This document shows, one piece after another, positions 46,465 to 57,206 of a stretch of DNA of 64,000 nucleotides. Position 1 is the first letter of the stretch. Each line of letters opens with the position of its first letter. The notes beneath the pieces were generated by a model. The model saw only the letters and a list, made by a program, of their open reading frames with translations. It was not told the DNA's origin and made no database searches. A program made the translations under genes and the position numbers. This stretch comes from an uncultured delta proteobacterium (GTDB lineage: Bacteria > Desulfobacterota > RBG-13-43-22). The stretch covers positions 160,001-224,000 of the forward strand of contig CAWDKY010000015.1 of assembly GCA_963802945.1 (NCBI GenBank), read 5' to 3'.

Positions 46465-48771
46465 TGGGTGCAGATGGTTTTGTCTTTGAGATCAATCAGA
46501 CGATATCCCCGGGCGCAGATCTGATCACGAAGCCGATCGGCCTCGGCAAATTCCTTGCGTTGGCGGGCCATATCCCTACGGCTCAACAGGGTTTGCACCT
46601 CTATTGGCAAACCCGTTTCCGTGAAATCCATAATTTGTAATACCGAGTTCACCTTTCGCAGAACCTGATCGATTTCCGTGAATTCCGAGCTGGAGATCCT
46701 TTTTTCCACCAGGATGGGATTGATGGTCCGAACTAGTGTAAATAAAGCCGACAGGGCCAGGGAGATGTTCAGGTCGTCATCCATGGCCTCTTTAAAATGC
46801 GTCTTAAAGAGAAAAAGGGCTTCGGCCACTTCGGCGGTTTCTACCGAACCGGGCTGAACACTATAAAGCTTCTGCATGAATTCATCTAACCGTTTTAAGG
46901 TCTTTCGAGAAGCCTCCAAGGCCTTCAGATTAAAGGAAAGGGGTTTCCGGTAGTGGGTTGACATGAGCCAGTAACGGATCTCACGCCCGGTAAATCCCTG
47001 TTCCAGAAGGTCACGCAAGGTTCGGGCATTGCCGGCGGCCCTGGACATTTTCTTGCCGTCCACCATGACCAATTCGCTGTGGAGCCAGTAATTGACGAAT
47101 TTCTTTCCGCTGGCCGCTTCACTGATAGCGATTTCATTTTCATGATGGGGGAAAATCAGGTCCACCCCGCTGGTATGAATATCAAAGGTTTCGCCCAGGT
47201 ACTTCTGGGCCATGGCCGAACACTCGATATGCCACCCCGGACGCACATTTCCCCATTCGGTGGCCGTAAAAATCCCTTTCTTCAATTCCGCCAAATTCGA
47301 CCGCTTAAACAGGGTGAAATCCCTGGGATTGTCCTTTTCATATTCATCCAGGTCAACGGTTTTCCCGACCTGGATCTGCTTTAAATCCACCCGCGAAAGA
47401 CGGCCGTAATCTTTAAACCGGGAGATGTCAAAATACAGGGATCGCAGTTTTTCATAGGCAAAACCTTTGTTAAGGAGTGTCCGGGTCAGGGCGAGCATAT
47501 CCTCCACATGTTCACTGGCCTTGGGATAATGGGCGGCCCGTTTGATCCGCAGGGTATCAATGTCTTTCAAAAATTCTTCCGTATAATGCCCGGTAAACTC
47601 GTTTAACGATTGCTGGGCGGCCTCGGCCCCCTGAATGGTCCGATCGTGCAAATCAGTGATGTTCATGATGTGTAAGACTTCCAGACCTTTGAATTCCAGA
47701 TAACGGCGTAACAGATCAGCCACCACAAACCTCCGGCAAGGGCCCGAGAGGAATCAGGTCATTGACCGTTGGACCGCAGGAATAGATGGAAACTTTTCCT
47801 TCCTTGATCGGCACAAAAGATTCTTTTTTACGGGTCAGGGTATTATAAAAGATCAGGCCGGCCTTTTCTTTTTCCGCAAACAGGGTGGTACTTAGATATC
47901 GTTCCCCGCCATCAGGACAAATGACCACGATCATCCCTTTTTTCAGCGGCTGGGCTTTATGCAGAGCTGCAGCCACGGCCGCCCCGGAACTCATTCCAAC
48001 CAGGAGCCCTTCTTCCCGGGCCATTTTCCGGGCGGTTTCAAAGGCCTCCTCATCTTCTACATGAACCACTTCGTCCAGGATATTTTTATCATAGATCCCC
48101 GGCTTGTAAGATTCCTTCATGTTTTTGAGCCCCTGTATCTTATGGCCCAGATAAGGCTCCACCCCGATGATTTTAATGGCCGGATTGAATTCTTTTAGGC
48201 GACGGGTCATACCCATCAGGGTACCGGTGGTACCCATGGTAGCTACGACCATGGTCACCTTGCCTTTGGTCTGCTCCCAAATTTCCCGGCCTGTCCCCTG
48301 ATAGTGAGCGGCGGCATTGTCTTCATTATTAAACTGATCGAGAAGACAGTATTTGTCCGGTTTCTCCCGGGCCATCTGATAGACGGTCTCGATGGATCCG
48401 TCAGTACCTTGACGAGCCGGGGTTAAAAGGAGCTTAGCCCCGTAGGCCTTGAGGATCTTTTGCCGTTCAATACTGGCCGATTCGGGCATGGCCAGCAGCA
48501 ATGGATAACCTTTGACAGCCGCAACCATGGCCAGACCGATTCCGGTATTGCCCGACGTGGCTTCGATGATGGTCTTGTCTTTGGTCAGAGACCCATTTTT
48601 TTCAGCGGCCTCAATCATGGACAAGGCGATGCGGTCCTTGACCGATCCTCCAGGATTAAAGGATTCGAGTTTGGCCCAGATGGTTACCTTTTTGTTAGTA
48701 TTCAATCGGTTCAAACGTACCAGGGGGGTATTGCCGATCAGATTTAATATGTCGGGATAGGCATGCTTCAT
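46431..48771 (-). CDS. cysS: Cysteine synthase (CysK/M)--cysteinyl-tRNA synthetase fusion; one frameshift near 47740
   Basis: PLP lysine motif SVKDRIA and DGGERYLST run directly into [17 protein letters not shown]; after the shift come [23 protein letters not shown] and KMSR. Confidence 0.88.
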
Positions 48772-48775
48772 GGAA

Positions 48776-48985
48776 TTATTTCTTCCTTCTGATTTTTGTT
48801 TTATTGATTCGTTCATACAAGGCAATTTGTTCGGCCATCGAAAGCTTTTTATGGGCCGCTTTTTGTGGGGATCGGCAAAGACGACAGCGATCCTGGGAGC
48901 AGCCTTGACAATAATAACAATCCGGACAACGACGGCGGCGCCTTCCATTTGCCGGAAAGTTCAGGTTACATTCTTTTCTTGGCAT
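48776..48985 (-). CDS. Small Cys-rich basic protein
   Basis: [18 protein letters not shown]; ends 4 nt before the cysK-cysS start. Confidence 0.65.
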   Translation of the reverse strand: MPRKECNLNFPANGRRRRRCPDCYYCQGCSQDRCRLCRSPQKAAHKKLSMAEQIALYERINKTKIRRKK

Positions 48986-49097
48986 AAGGAGTAACCCCAC
49001 AGATCGAGGTTCGAGGACCGGAGTAAAAGAGGAGAAATTTTTCTAATCCTTTTTCCTTTCACCTTTTCCCTTTCGCCTTGTGCCTCTCTACTCATGC

Positions 49098-50928
49098 CTA
49101 TTCCACCACCACGCTCTTGGCCAGATTGCGCGGCTGATCCACATCAGTACCTCGTAAAACGGCGATATGATAAGCCAGCAGTTGTAAGGGAACAGCAAAT
49201 AAAATAGGGGACAACCCCCAGCCGGCCTTAGGTAGTTGTATTAAATCATTGGCCTTGGGTCCGACCTTCCCACCTTTTTTTTCATCGGTCAGGGCGATGA
49301 TAATCCCGCCCCTGGCCCGAACCTCTTCAATATTGCTGAACACCTTTTCCTGAATTTCGTTTTGAGGGGCCAAAAAAACCGTAGGCATCTTTTCGTCAAT
49401 CAGGGCGATGGGGCCGTGTTTCATTTCACCGGCCGGGTAGCCTTCGGCGTGAATATAGGAGATTTCTTTTAATTTCAAGGCCCCTTCCAGGGCAATGGGG
49501 TAATGGATGCCCCGGCCCAGGAATAAAAAGTCCTGAGCTTGGAAATATTTATGAGCGACAGATTGAATTTGTCCTTCTTCCTCCAAGATCTGCTCTATCC
49601 CGTGAGGGATACGCAAAAGTTCCTGAATCATTTCCAACCGGTTTTTTTTAGAGATCCTTTTTAAGACCTGTCCGATGTGTAAGGTCATCAGATAAAGTGC
49701 CGTCAGTTGGGTAGTAAAGGCCTTGGTCGAGGCCACCCCGATTTCCGGACCGGCATGGGTATAGATCACCCCGTCGGCTTCGCGGGCGATGCTGCTGCCA
49801 ACGACATTACAGATGGCTAAAATCCTGGCCTTTTTCTTTTTGCCTTCTCGAAAGGCGGCTAGGGTATCGGCCGTCTCCCCGGATTGGGATATCAAAATCA
49901 GCAGAGTCTTGGAATTGACGATGGGATTTCGGTAGCGGTATTCCGAGGCATAATCAACGGTCGTGGGGATACGGCAATATTCTTCCAAAAGAAACTTGCC
50001 GACCAGGGCCGCATGCCAGGAGGTCCCGCAGGCAATAATATTGATCTGATCGATCTCCTTCAACTCTTCGGCGGAAAGTTTGATTTCCGGCAGGATGACC
50101 TTTCCTTTTTCCGGTGAAATCCGTCCGCGGAAGGTGTCGATGACCGCCTGAGGTTGTTCAAAGATTTCTTTCTGCATGAAATGCTTATACCCGGCCTTCT
50201 CGGCCATGACGGGGCTCCAGGAGATCTTTTGGACCTCCTTTTTTATTTTCTCATTTTTCAATGACAAAACCCGGGGAAAGGGTTTTTCAATCACGACCAT
50301 TTCCCCATCTTCCAGATAAATAACCCGGTTGGTGTGGTGGAGGAAAGCCATCACATCGGAAGCAATAAAGAATTCCTCTTCTCCGATCCCGACGATCAAA
50401 GGACATTCCTTGCGAACGGCCACGATGCGATCCGGATCCTGACTGTCCATGATGACCAGGGCATAAGAGCCTCTTATCTTTTCCAGGGCCAATTGAACCG
50501 CCTTCACCACATCCCGGCCTTTCAAATATTTGTTGATCAGGTGGGCGACAATCTCTGAATCGGTTTCCGATGAAAATTGACAACCTTCGTCCGCGAGTTG
50601 TTTTTTGAGATCCAGATAATTTTCGATGATCCCATTATGGACTAGAGCGATCCGGCCGGCTACATGGGGATGGGCATTGGTTTCCGAAGGACGGCCGTGG
50701 GTGGCCCAGCGGGTGTGCCCTATCCCGATTCGGCCGGAAATGGGGTTCTGGGAAAGAAGCCGGCCCAATTCACTCAGTTTTCCCTGACTCCGGCGCACCT
50801 CAAAGCGTTGATCCTGAATCACGGCAATTCCGGCTGAATCGTAGCCCCGGTATTCCAATTTTTTTAATCCCTCAAAAATGACCTCTACGGGATTTTTGAG
50901 AACCAAGGTATCCTATAATGCCGCACAT
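49098..50928 (-). CDS. glmS: Glutamine--fructose-6-phosphate transaminase (one extra base near the 5' end)
   Basis: MCGIIGYLG at 50928; [18 protein letters not shown] and PRNLAKSV motifs. Confidence 0.96.
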
Positions 50929-50940
50929 AGGTCTTCTCCT

Positions 50941-51766
50941 TTAGATTTTCACATCTTGGATTTGAAGAATTAAGTCACCTTTTAAGATGCTAACATCATT
51001 CAGTATGGTTACTCCGTCCTTTTAGGAGCCTTTGCCGAAGTATTTGGTCCGAGCGGTTCAGGTCAGATCGGTTATTGACCCCCAGGACCTCTTCCGAACT
51101 GGGGTGTAAAAAGACCGAAACAGGTAAATCTTTTTCCCGGGCCATTTGAACCAGATCGGTCAGATAATATTCCTTTTGGCTGTTTTTTCGGGTCAATCTG
51201 GGAAGGGATGAAAAAAGGAACGCGGAATCGAAACAATAAATCCCGCTGTTGATTTCCTGAATCTTCCTTTCCTTCGTTGTGGCATCTTTTTCTTCAACAA
51301 TCTTAAGCACCTTCCCCCGTGGGTCCCTTATTATCCGACCATATCCTTTTGGATCAGCAACGTTAGTGCTGACAAGGGTTAAAACCGCCTTCTCCCGTCT
51401 ATGAACCTTAAGCATTTTTTTCAGGGTTTCTTTCTCGATCAAGGGTACATCGCCATAAAGGACCAGCACCGTGCCCCGAAACGTTTTCATTTCCTTTTGG
51501 GCAAGTTGAAGGGCATGTCCGGTTCCTAATTGTGGAACCTGCTTGACAAAAACCCCTGGCCAATTTTTAAAGACCGCCATAACGTTTTCCGATTGATAAC
51601 CCACAACCAAGAGACCTTTTTGGGGCCTTAAACTTTTAGCCGCGTCCAATACATAACCCAGCATCGGTTTCCCCGCCAAGGGGTGGAGCACCTTCGGAAG
51701 GTCCGATTTCATCCGTGTCCCTTTTCCGGCGGCCAGGATAACCACGGCTAATGGTTTTTTAGTCAT
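50941..51766 (-). CDS. glmU: GlmU N-terminal uridyltransferase only (no acetyltransferase domain)
   Basis: LAAGKGTRMKS, QLGTGHA, EYYLTD and GVN motifs; stop at 50996, or at 50941 via a shifted frame DGVTILND...; glmS follows immediately. Confidence 0.85.
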
Positions 51767-51965
51767 TGAGATTCAAACCCCTTCTTCTACTCAATTTTAA
51801 CTGGCTATTGGAGAAAAAGGCAAGTTAAAAGACTAAAACCATTTAGAAATAAAGCACATAACCCCGGCTGACTCAACATCCAAGATGACATTATAAACAA
51901 AAAATGATATATGAACTTCAAAGCAGCTTCAAATTTTTATCCTAAGGGTTAGAAAGGAGAACGTC

Positions 51966-52727
51966 ATGGGACGAAAGAATTTAATTAAAAAAAAGAAAAC
52001 TGGATATTTAATCCTTTTCTCAATAATCTTTTGTTTTTCGGCTGTTGTCTGGACTTCTGGGTCACTTGGGGCGACTGAAATTGATTTCAAAAAGATGACT
52101 TCCAACATCCATTGGCTGGGGCATGACAGCTTCCGGATTGATGCCGATGGAGTAGTCATCTATTTTGATCCTTTTCAACTCAAAGAAGGGCCTAAGGCCG
52201 ATCTGATCCTGATTACCCATGATCATTTTGATCATTGTTCGCCGGCCGATGTGGCTAAGATTCAGAAACCCGAAACCGTTATTATTACTGTGGCCCAAGC
52301 CGCGGCCAAACTCAAGGGCCATATCAAGACCGTAAAACCGGGGGAAGCATTAACCGTTAAAGGTATCTCCATAAAAACAATACCGGCCTACAATGTTAAT
52401 AAATTTAGCAGTCCCGGCGTGGCCTTCCATCCCAAAGAATCCGGTTATGTGGGTTTTATCATCACGGTGAAGGGCCAGCGCATTTACCATGCTGGAGATA
52501 CGGACTTCATTCCGGAAATGAAAGGTCTTGGGCCGGACATCGCCCTTCTGCCCGTAAGCGGTATCTATGTCATGACCGCTGAAGAAGCAGCCGAAGCCGC
52601 CACAGCCATTAAGCCTAAACTGGCCATTCCCATGCATGTGGGCGGTCCCATAGGTTCTTTATCCGCTGCCGAACGTTTCAAAGAAAAGGCAAGGGTTCCG
52701 GTGATGGTGATGCCCATAGAAAAATAA
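51966..52727 (+). CDS. MBL-fold metallo-hydrolase (Lactamase_B_3/UlaG-like)
   Basis: WLGH, THDHFDH, HAGDT and IPMH motifs; N-terminal signal. Confidence 0.88.
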   Translation: MGRKNLIKKKKTGYLILFSIIFCFSAVVWTSGSLGATEIDFKKMTSNIHWLGHDSFRIDADGVVIYFDPFQLKEGPKADLILITHDHFDHCSPADVAKIQKPETVIITVAQAAAKLKGHIKTVKPGEALTVKGISIKTIPAYNVNKFSSPGVAFHPKESGYVGFIITVKGQRIYHAGDTDFIPEMKGLGPDIALLPVSGIYVMTAEEAAEAATAIKPKLAIPMHVGGPIGSLSAAERFKEKARVPVMVMPIEK

Positions 52728-52896
52728 CTTTTTTATAATTTTAAATAGATTTCAATTCGCCGCAGATCTATTGCAGGTAAAATTGAGGTATGAGGGGCAA
52801 CAGGCAAAATGCAATGGGTAATAGATTACAAGATATTCCTAATTCTCCATGGCCTAAAGCCTGATTTTCCCTTGAATGCATGATCCCTTCCCTGAC

Positions 52897-54111
52897 TTAA
52901 TAAATCACTTCTTCTTTTTCAAGTTCCTCTATTTCTCTCTGGGACAGACCCAGCATTTGACCAAAGACCTCTTCGTTGTGCTCCCCAAGAAGCGGAGAAT
53001 GGCGGTGTATCCGGGCCGGTGTTTCCGAAAGTCGCCAGGGGGGCGTGACCACCCAATCTTTTCCCATCACGGGGTGATCCAAGTGGGAATACACCCCCCT
53101 CTCCTTCAGGTGAGGATCCAGAAAAAGCCCTTTCGAGCTCAAGGAAGGGGCAGAGGCCACACCGGCCTCCTGCAATTTTTGGGTGACTTCATAGTAATCC
53201 TTGTCTTGGGTCCATTGATTGATAATCGTATCCAGTTCCTCCTGGTTCTTAAGGCGGACGTAAAAATTTTTGAATCTCGCATCCTCAATCAATTCCGGCT
53301 TTCCTATAACTCGGCATAAGGCCTGCCATTCCTGATCGGTGGCTACGGCAATACTGACCCAATGATCATCCCCTTGACACCGGTAACAATTATGAGGAGC
53401 CATCCAGTCGTCCTTATTCCCCTTTCGCCCGGGCACCCTGTGGTTCATGAAATAATCCAGCAGCACATCGCCGGCCAAAACCGCAATAGTTTCCTGAGAG
53501 GCCAGGTCGATATATTGCCCCTCACCGGTCCTGTGCCGATAGATCAGTGCGGCCAGGATGGCAAAGGCCGAGGTGGTTGCGCTTCGAAGATCCATGGATC
53601 CCATAAAATTGCTGGGCGGCCAGTCCTCATAACCGGTAATATGACAAAAACCTCCCAGGGCGGCAAAAGTCGGTGCATAACCTACATACTCTCTCTCCGG
53701 CCCGGTTTGTCCGCAAGAGGATGAGGAGATGTAGATCAGATCGGGTTTAATATTCATAAGCACATCATATCCTAATCCGAGCCTGGGAATAACACCGGGC
53801 CTCATGTTTTCCATAACTACATCACTTAAGCCCACCAGCCGTTTGGCGACTTCAATCGCTTTGGGTTTGGACAAGTTCAGTGTGACGCTTTTTTTGTTAA
53901 GATTAAGATTATTAAAAACGGTAGATTCATTCGGGCCTGAAAATCTCGTACCGGTACTGAAGGAAAGATTCCTGGAGTGATCCAGCCTTCTCCGGCTTTC
54001 CACTTTAATGACCTCTGCCCCCAGAAATCCCAGCAAACAGGTGGCATAAGGTCCGGCCCAGGCCGAGGTGAATTCCGTAACCCTAACTCCTTTTAACGGT
54101 CCATGGTTCAT
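52897..54111 (-). CDS. Family III CoA-transferase (CaiB/BaiF), catalytic-type subunit
   Basis: WAGP, GAEVIKVE, NLNKKS and ENMRPG motifs; conserved Asp in GSMD; PLLGEHN. Confidence 0.92.
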   Translation of the reverse strand: MNHGPLKGVRVTEFTSAWAGPYATCLLGFLGAEVIKVESRRRLDHSRNLSFSTGTRFSGPNESTVFNNLNLNKKSVTLNLSKPKAIEVAKRLVGLSDVVMENMRPGVIPRLGLGYDVLMNIKPDLIYISSSSCGQTGPEREYVGYAPTFAALGGFCHITGYEDWPPSNFMGSMDLRSATTSAFAILAALIYRHRTGEGQYIDLASQETIAVLAGDVLLDYFMNHRVPGRKGNKDDWMAPHNCYRCQGDDHWVSIAVATDQEWQALCRVIGKPELIEDARFKNFYVRLKNQEELDTIINQWTQDKDYYEVTQKLQEAGVASAPSLSSKGLFLDPHLKERGVYSHLDHPVMGKDWVVTPPWRLSETPARIHRHSPLLGEHNEEVFGQMLGLSQREIEELEKEEVIY

Positions 54112-54135
54112 CGATACATACTCCTTATTTAAACC

Positions 54136-54278
54136 CCATCCGGAAATCAAATATCACCGGATGGAACGGTTAGCTGTCAAAACTCATCAATCACCTAAAA
54201 GGTTATCTTGGAGACGGGCTTCCTTCCATCAGAAGGCTGATGGCTGAGTGCACTCATCCGAAAAAATTTCCGGATGAG
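54136..54278. repeat. Paired CATCCG...CGGATG palindromes (same family as 6357-6507)
   Basis: Hairpins at 54136-54164 and 54253-54278. Confidence 0.65.
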
Positions 54279-54284
54279 AACGGT

Positions 54285-55499
54285 TTAGATGACACCTTGG
54301 TTTCTCAGGTTGGAGAGCTCTTCTTTTGAATATCCTAAGCGATCACTATAAATGGCCTCATTGTGCTCACCCAGAAGGGGTGCGGCTTGCACCAGCTTCC
54401 AAGGTGTTTTTGAAAATCGAAATGAAGATGAAGGAAAGGGCATCTTTCCAACCGCAGGGTGCTCCATCTCCACAAAAAAATTCCTGGCCTTAAATTGTTC
54501 CGAATGATAAATATCCTCGGCTGTGTTTACCGGAGCGATGGGGCAACTTAAGGCCTGTCCTTGTCGGAATATCTCTTCCTTGGTATGTTTCATGGTCCAG
54601 GCTATGACCAACGCATTTATTTTTTCGGCGTTCTCTGCTCTGATTAGGGGATCCCGGCACCAATCCTCTTTGGCCCACTCTGGATCGCCGATCAGTTTGA
54701 GCAGAGAATGCCATTGATGTTCTTCGGGGGTGACTACGACCACAAAGCCGTCCTTACAGGGCAAGATACCACCAGGTGTTCGTCTTACCCTCTCACCGCC
54801 CCGGGTCAGGACCACCTGGTCATTGGCAAAGGTAACGCTTTCAACCCGCTGCATGGACATCAGGGCTTCTTGTTTTGAAACTTCGATAAACTGACCTTGT
54901 CCCGTCAGGATCTTCCAATAAAAAGCGGCGGTAACGGCCACCACAGCCACCAGTCCAACGTCAAATCCGCTGCTGTGACCGCCGACCTTGACCGGCGGCC
55001 GCTCCATGTCCAGGGCAGGAATGGGCAGCATATATCCCTGTCCGCTGACATGAACCGTATTGAGCTGATAGGCCTTAAAATCCTTAAATGGACCGCTCCT
55101 TCCGAAGGGAGTAATGGAGATCATAATCAGGCCGGGATTAACGGCCTTCAATTTTTCATAATCCAGACCCAATGCTTCCATCTCCCCCGGCGGCCGGTCC
55201 TCAATAAGCACATCTGTTTTTTCAATCAATTTTTTGAATATTTTTTCCCCTGCAGATTTTTTAGCATCCAGTGTTAGGCCTTTCTTGTTGCTGTTCAGAT
55301 AAAGAAAAAGGCCGCTCTTTTCCTGATGAGGGATGTCGTCCGGAAAAGGACCGCGTCTTCTCGAATCATCGCCGGTGTTGGGCTGTTCGATTTTAAGAAC
55401 ATCGGCACCCATATCGGCTAACAGTTTGGAACAATAAGGTCCGCTGACCATATTGCAATATTCAACAATCTTCATGCCCTCCAGGGCTCTTGGGGTCAT
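54285..55499 (-). CDS. Family III CoA-transferase (CaiB/BaiF), BbsE-like subunit
   Basis: SGPYC, GADVLKIE, NSNKK and PLLGEHN motifs. Confidence 0.92.
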   Translation of the reverse strand: MTPRALEGMKIVEYCNMVSGPYCSKLLADMGADVLKIEQPNTGDDSRRRGPFPDDIPHQEKSGLFLYLNSNKKGLTLDAKKSAGEKIFKKLIEKTDVLIEDRPPGEMEALGLDYEKLKAVNPGLIMISITPFGRSGPFKDFKAYQLNTVHVSGQGYMLPIPALDMERPPVKVGGHSSGFDVGLVAVVAVTAAFYWKILTGQGQFIEVSKQEALMSMQRVESVTFANDQVVLTRGGERVRRTPGGILPCKDGFVVVVTPEEHQWHSLLKLIGDPEWAKEDWCRDPLIRAENAEKINALVIAWTMKHTKEEIFRQGQALSCPIAPVNTAEDIYHSEQFKARNFFVEMEHPAVGKMPFPSSSFRFSKTPWKLVQAAPLLGEHNEAIYSDRLGYSKEELSNLRNQGVI

Positions 55500-55759
55500 T
55501 AACTTCCTCCTTCAAATAAAATGATTTTCAATCATCATCCATTTTATTTCGATCAAGTCTATCCAAGGGATGAGGAGATGATCTTAACAAAAAATGGGAT
55601 TGAAAGGCAATGGGCATCTTTATTTTTTCATTGACTCCTGTCGGCTATCCGTTTTAACTTATAAACTTCTTAAAATAGTCGTGATCCATCATTTCAGGAT
55701 ACGCCTCAAAGGATACCCTTCGATTTCCGAGAAAATTAGTCCATAAAGGGGTGGTTTTA

Positions 55760-57196
55760 ATGTCTGACAGTATCTTAAAGGATTTGCATTATTTATTTCA
55801 TCCTAAAAATATCGCTGTGGTCGGTGCATCACCCAAACCCGACCCCATGATGATGAGTCAAGGGAACAACTATATCAAAGGTTCTATCGATCAAAATTAT
55901 TCAGGAAAAATATTTCCGGTTCATCCCAAGGCCGAGGCGATTCTTGGATTTCCGGCCTATGCTCGGGTTAGGGACATTCCTGATCCAGTGGATCTGGTCA
56001 TCTTTACGATCCCGGCGGAAGCGGCCCTGGAGGTCATGGAGGATTGTGCGGCCAAGGGAGTGAAGTTCGTCCATCTTTATACGGCTGGATTCGGCGAAAC
56101 CGCCCGGATGGACTACGCGGAATTGGAAAAGAAGCTGGTTCAATTGGCCAAACAAAACGGGATCCGTATTGTCGGACCAAACTGTATGGGGATTTACTGT
56201 CCGGAAGGCGGCTTGGCCTTTCAGCCCTTTTTTCCAACGACCACCGGACCCATTGGTTTCTTTTCCCAGAGTGGTCAAATGGCCGGGATGTTTGTCATGA
56301 AATCAGCGGCCCATGGGCTGAGATTCAGCAAGGTGGTCAGCTTTGGAAATGCTCGGGATTTAAAGGCCCACGACTTTTTAAATTATCTGGCCCAGGATGA
56401 AAAGACAAAAATCATCGGATCTTATCTGGAAGGGCTTGATGACGGGAAACCCTTCGTGGAAGCTGCTAAAACAATAACCCGTAAAAAACCTCTGGTCATT
56501 TTTAAAGGGGGGTTGTCCGAAGGGGGAACCAGGGCGGCCATGTCCCACACGGCAGCGATTGCCGGTTCATCTCAAATCTGGCAAGCCCTATGCAGGCAGA
56601 CCGGAATCATTTCCGTATTCTCCTTAGATGAACTGATTTTCACACTCTCCGCCTTACAGAGGCTTCCTTTGCCCATGGGAAAAAACGTGGTCATATTAGG
56701 AGGTGCTGGAGGGGGCAGTGTCACCATGACCGATATTGCCGAGGCTGAAGGTCTGAAGGTTCCGGAGCTTTCCCCCAAGACTATCCGTCAGCTTAAAGAG
56801 ATTGTGCCGCCCGAGGGTACAAGTGTCAAAAACCCTCTCGATGTCGGACGACGTTTTTTCGCTGAGGGAAATTTCACCAAATTTCTGGAATTGTTGAGGG
56901 ACGATCCCTTGGTCGATGCCCTCATTTTCTCCCAGCCGATTGGCATGTTCGTGCGATTTTTAGGCCGGTCTGGATCTAATATGCTTCTGGAAATGACCCT
57001 GGCCGCTCAAAAGACGTTAAAAAAACCGATGCTCCTGGTTATAGAAAAAGATGCCGGATTCGGGGGAGAATCTGTTATTGATGAAGTGATTGAGCGATAT
57101 CATGATGCCAATCTGGCTACCTTCCCGGATTTTCGGTTGGCCGTCAGGATAGCGGGGTATTTGGCTGATTATCAGAATTTTTTAGATCGGCATTAA
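55760..57196 (+). CDS. NDP-forming acyl-CoA synthetase alpha-like CoA-binding protein
   Basis: PKNIAVVGAS, GPNCMG, SHTAAIAG and NPLD motifs. Confidence 0.9.
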   Translation: MSDSILKDLHYLFHPKNIAVVGASPKPDPMMMSQGNNYIKGSIDQNYSGKIFPVHPKAEAILGFPAYARVRDIPDPVDLVIFTIPAEAALEVMEDCAAKGVKFVHLYTAGFGETARMDYAELEKKLVQLAKQNGIRIVGPNCMGIYCPEGGLAFQPFFPTTTGPIGFFSQSGQMAGMFVMKSAAHGLRFSKVVSFGNARDLKAHDFLNYLAQDEKTKIIGSYLEGLDDGKPFVEAAKTITRKKPLVIFKGGLSEGGTRAAMSHTAAIAGSSQIWQALCRQTGIISVFSLDELIFTLSALQRLPLPMGKNVVILGGAGGGSVTMTDIAEAEGLKVPELSPKTIRQLKEIVPPEGTSVKNPLDVGRRFFAEGNFTKFLELLRDDPLVDALIFSQPIGMFVRFLGRSGSNMLLEMTLAAQKTLKKPMLLVIEKDAGFGGESVIDEVIERYHDANLATFPDFRLAVRIAGYLADYQNFLDRH

Positions 57197-57206
57197 GGAA
57201 ACAGCT

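Noticed and set aside
47716-47760. Programmed frameshift separating CysK from CysRS
   Set aside because: The shift lies inside the CysRS domain without a slippery heptamer, and similar indels affect many genes in the window.
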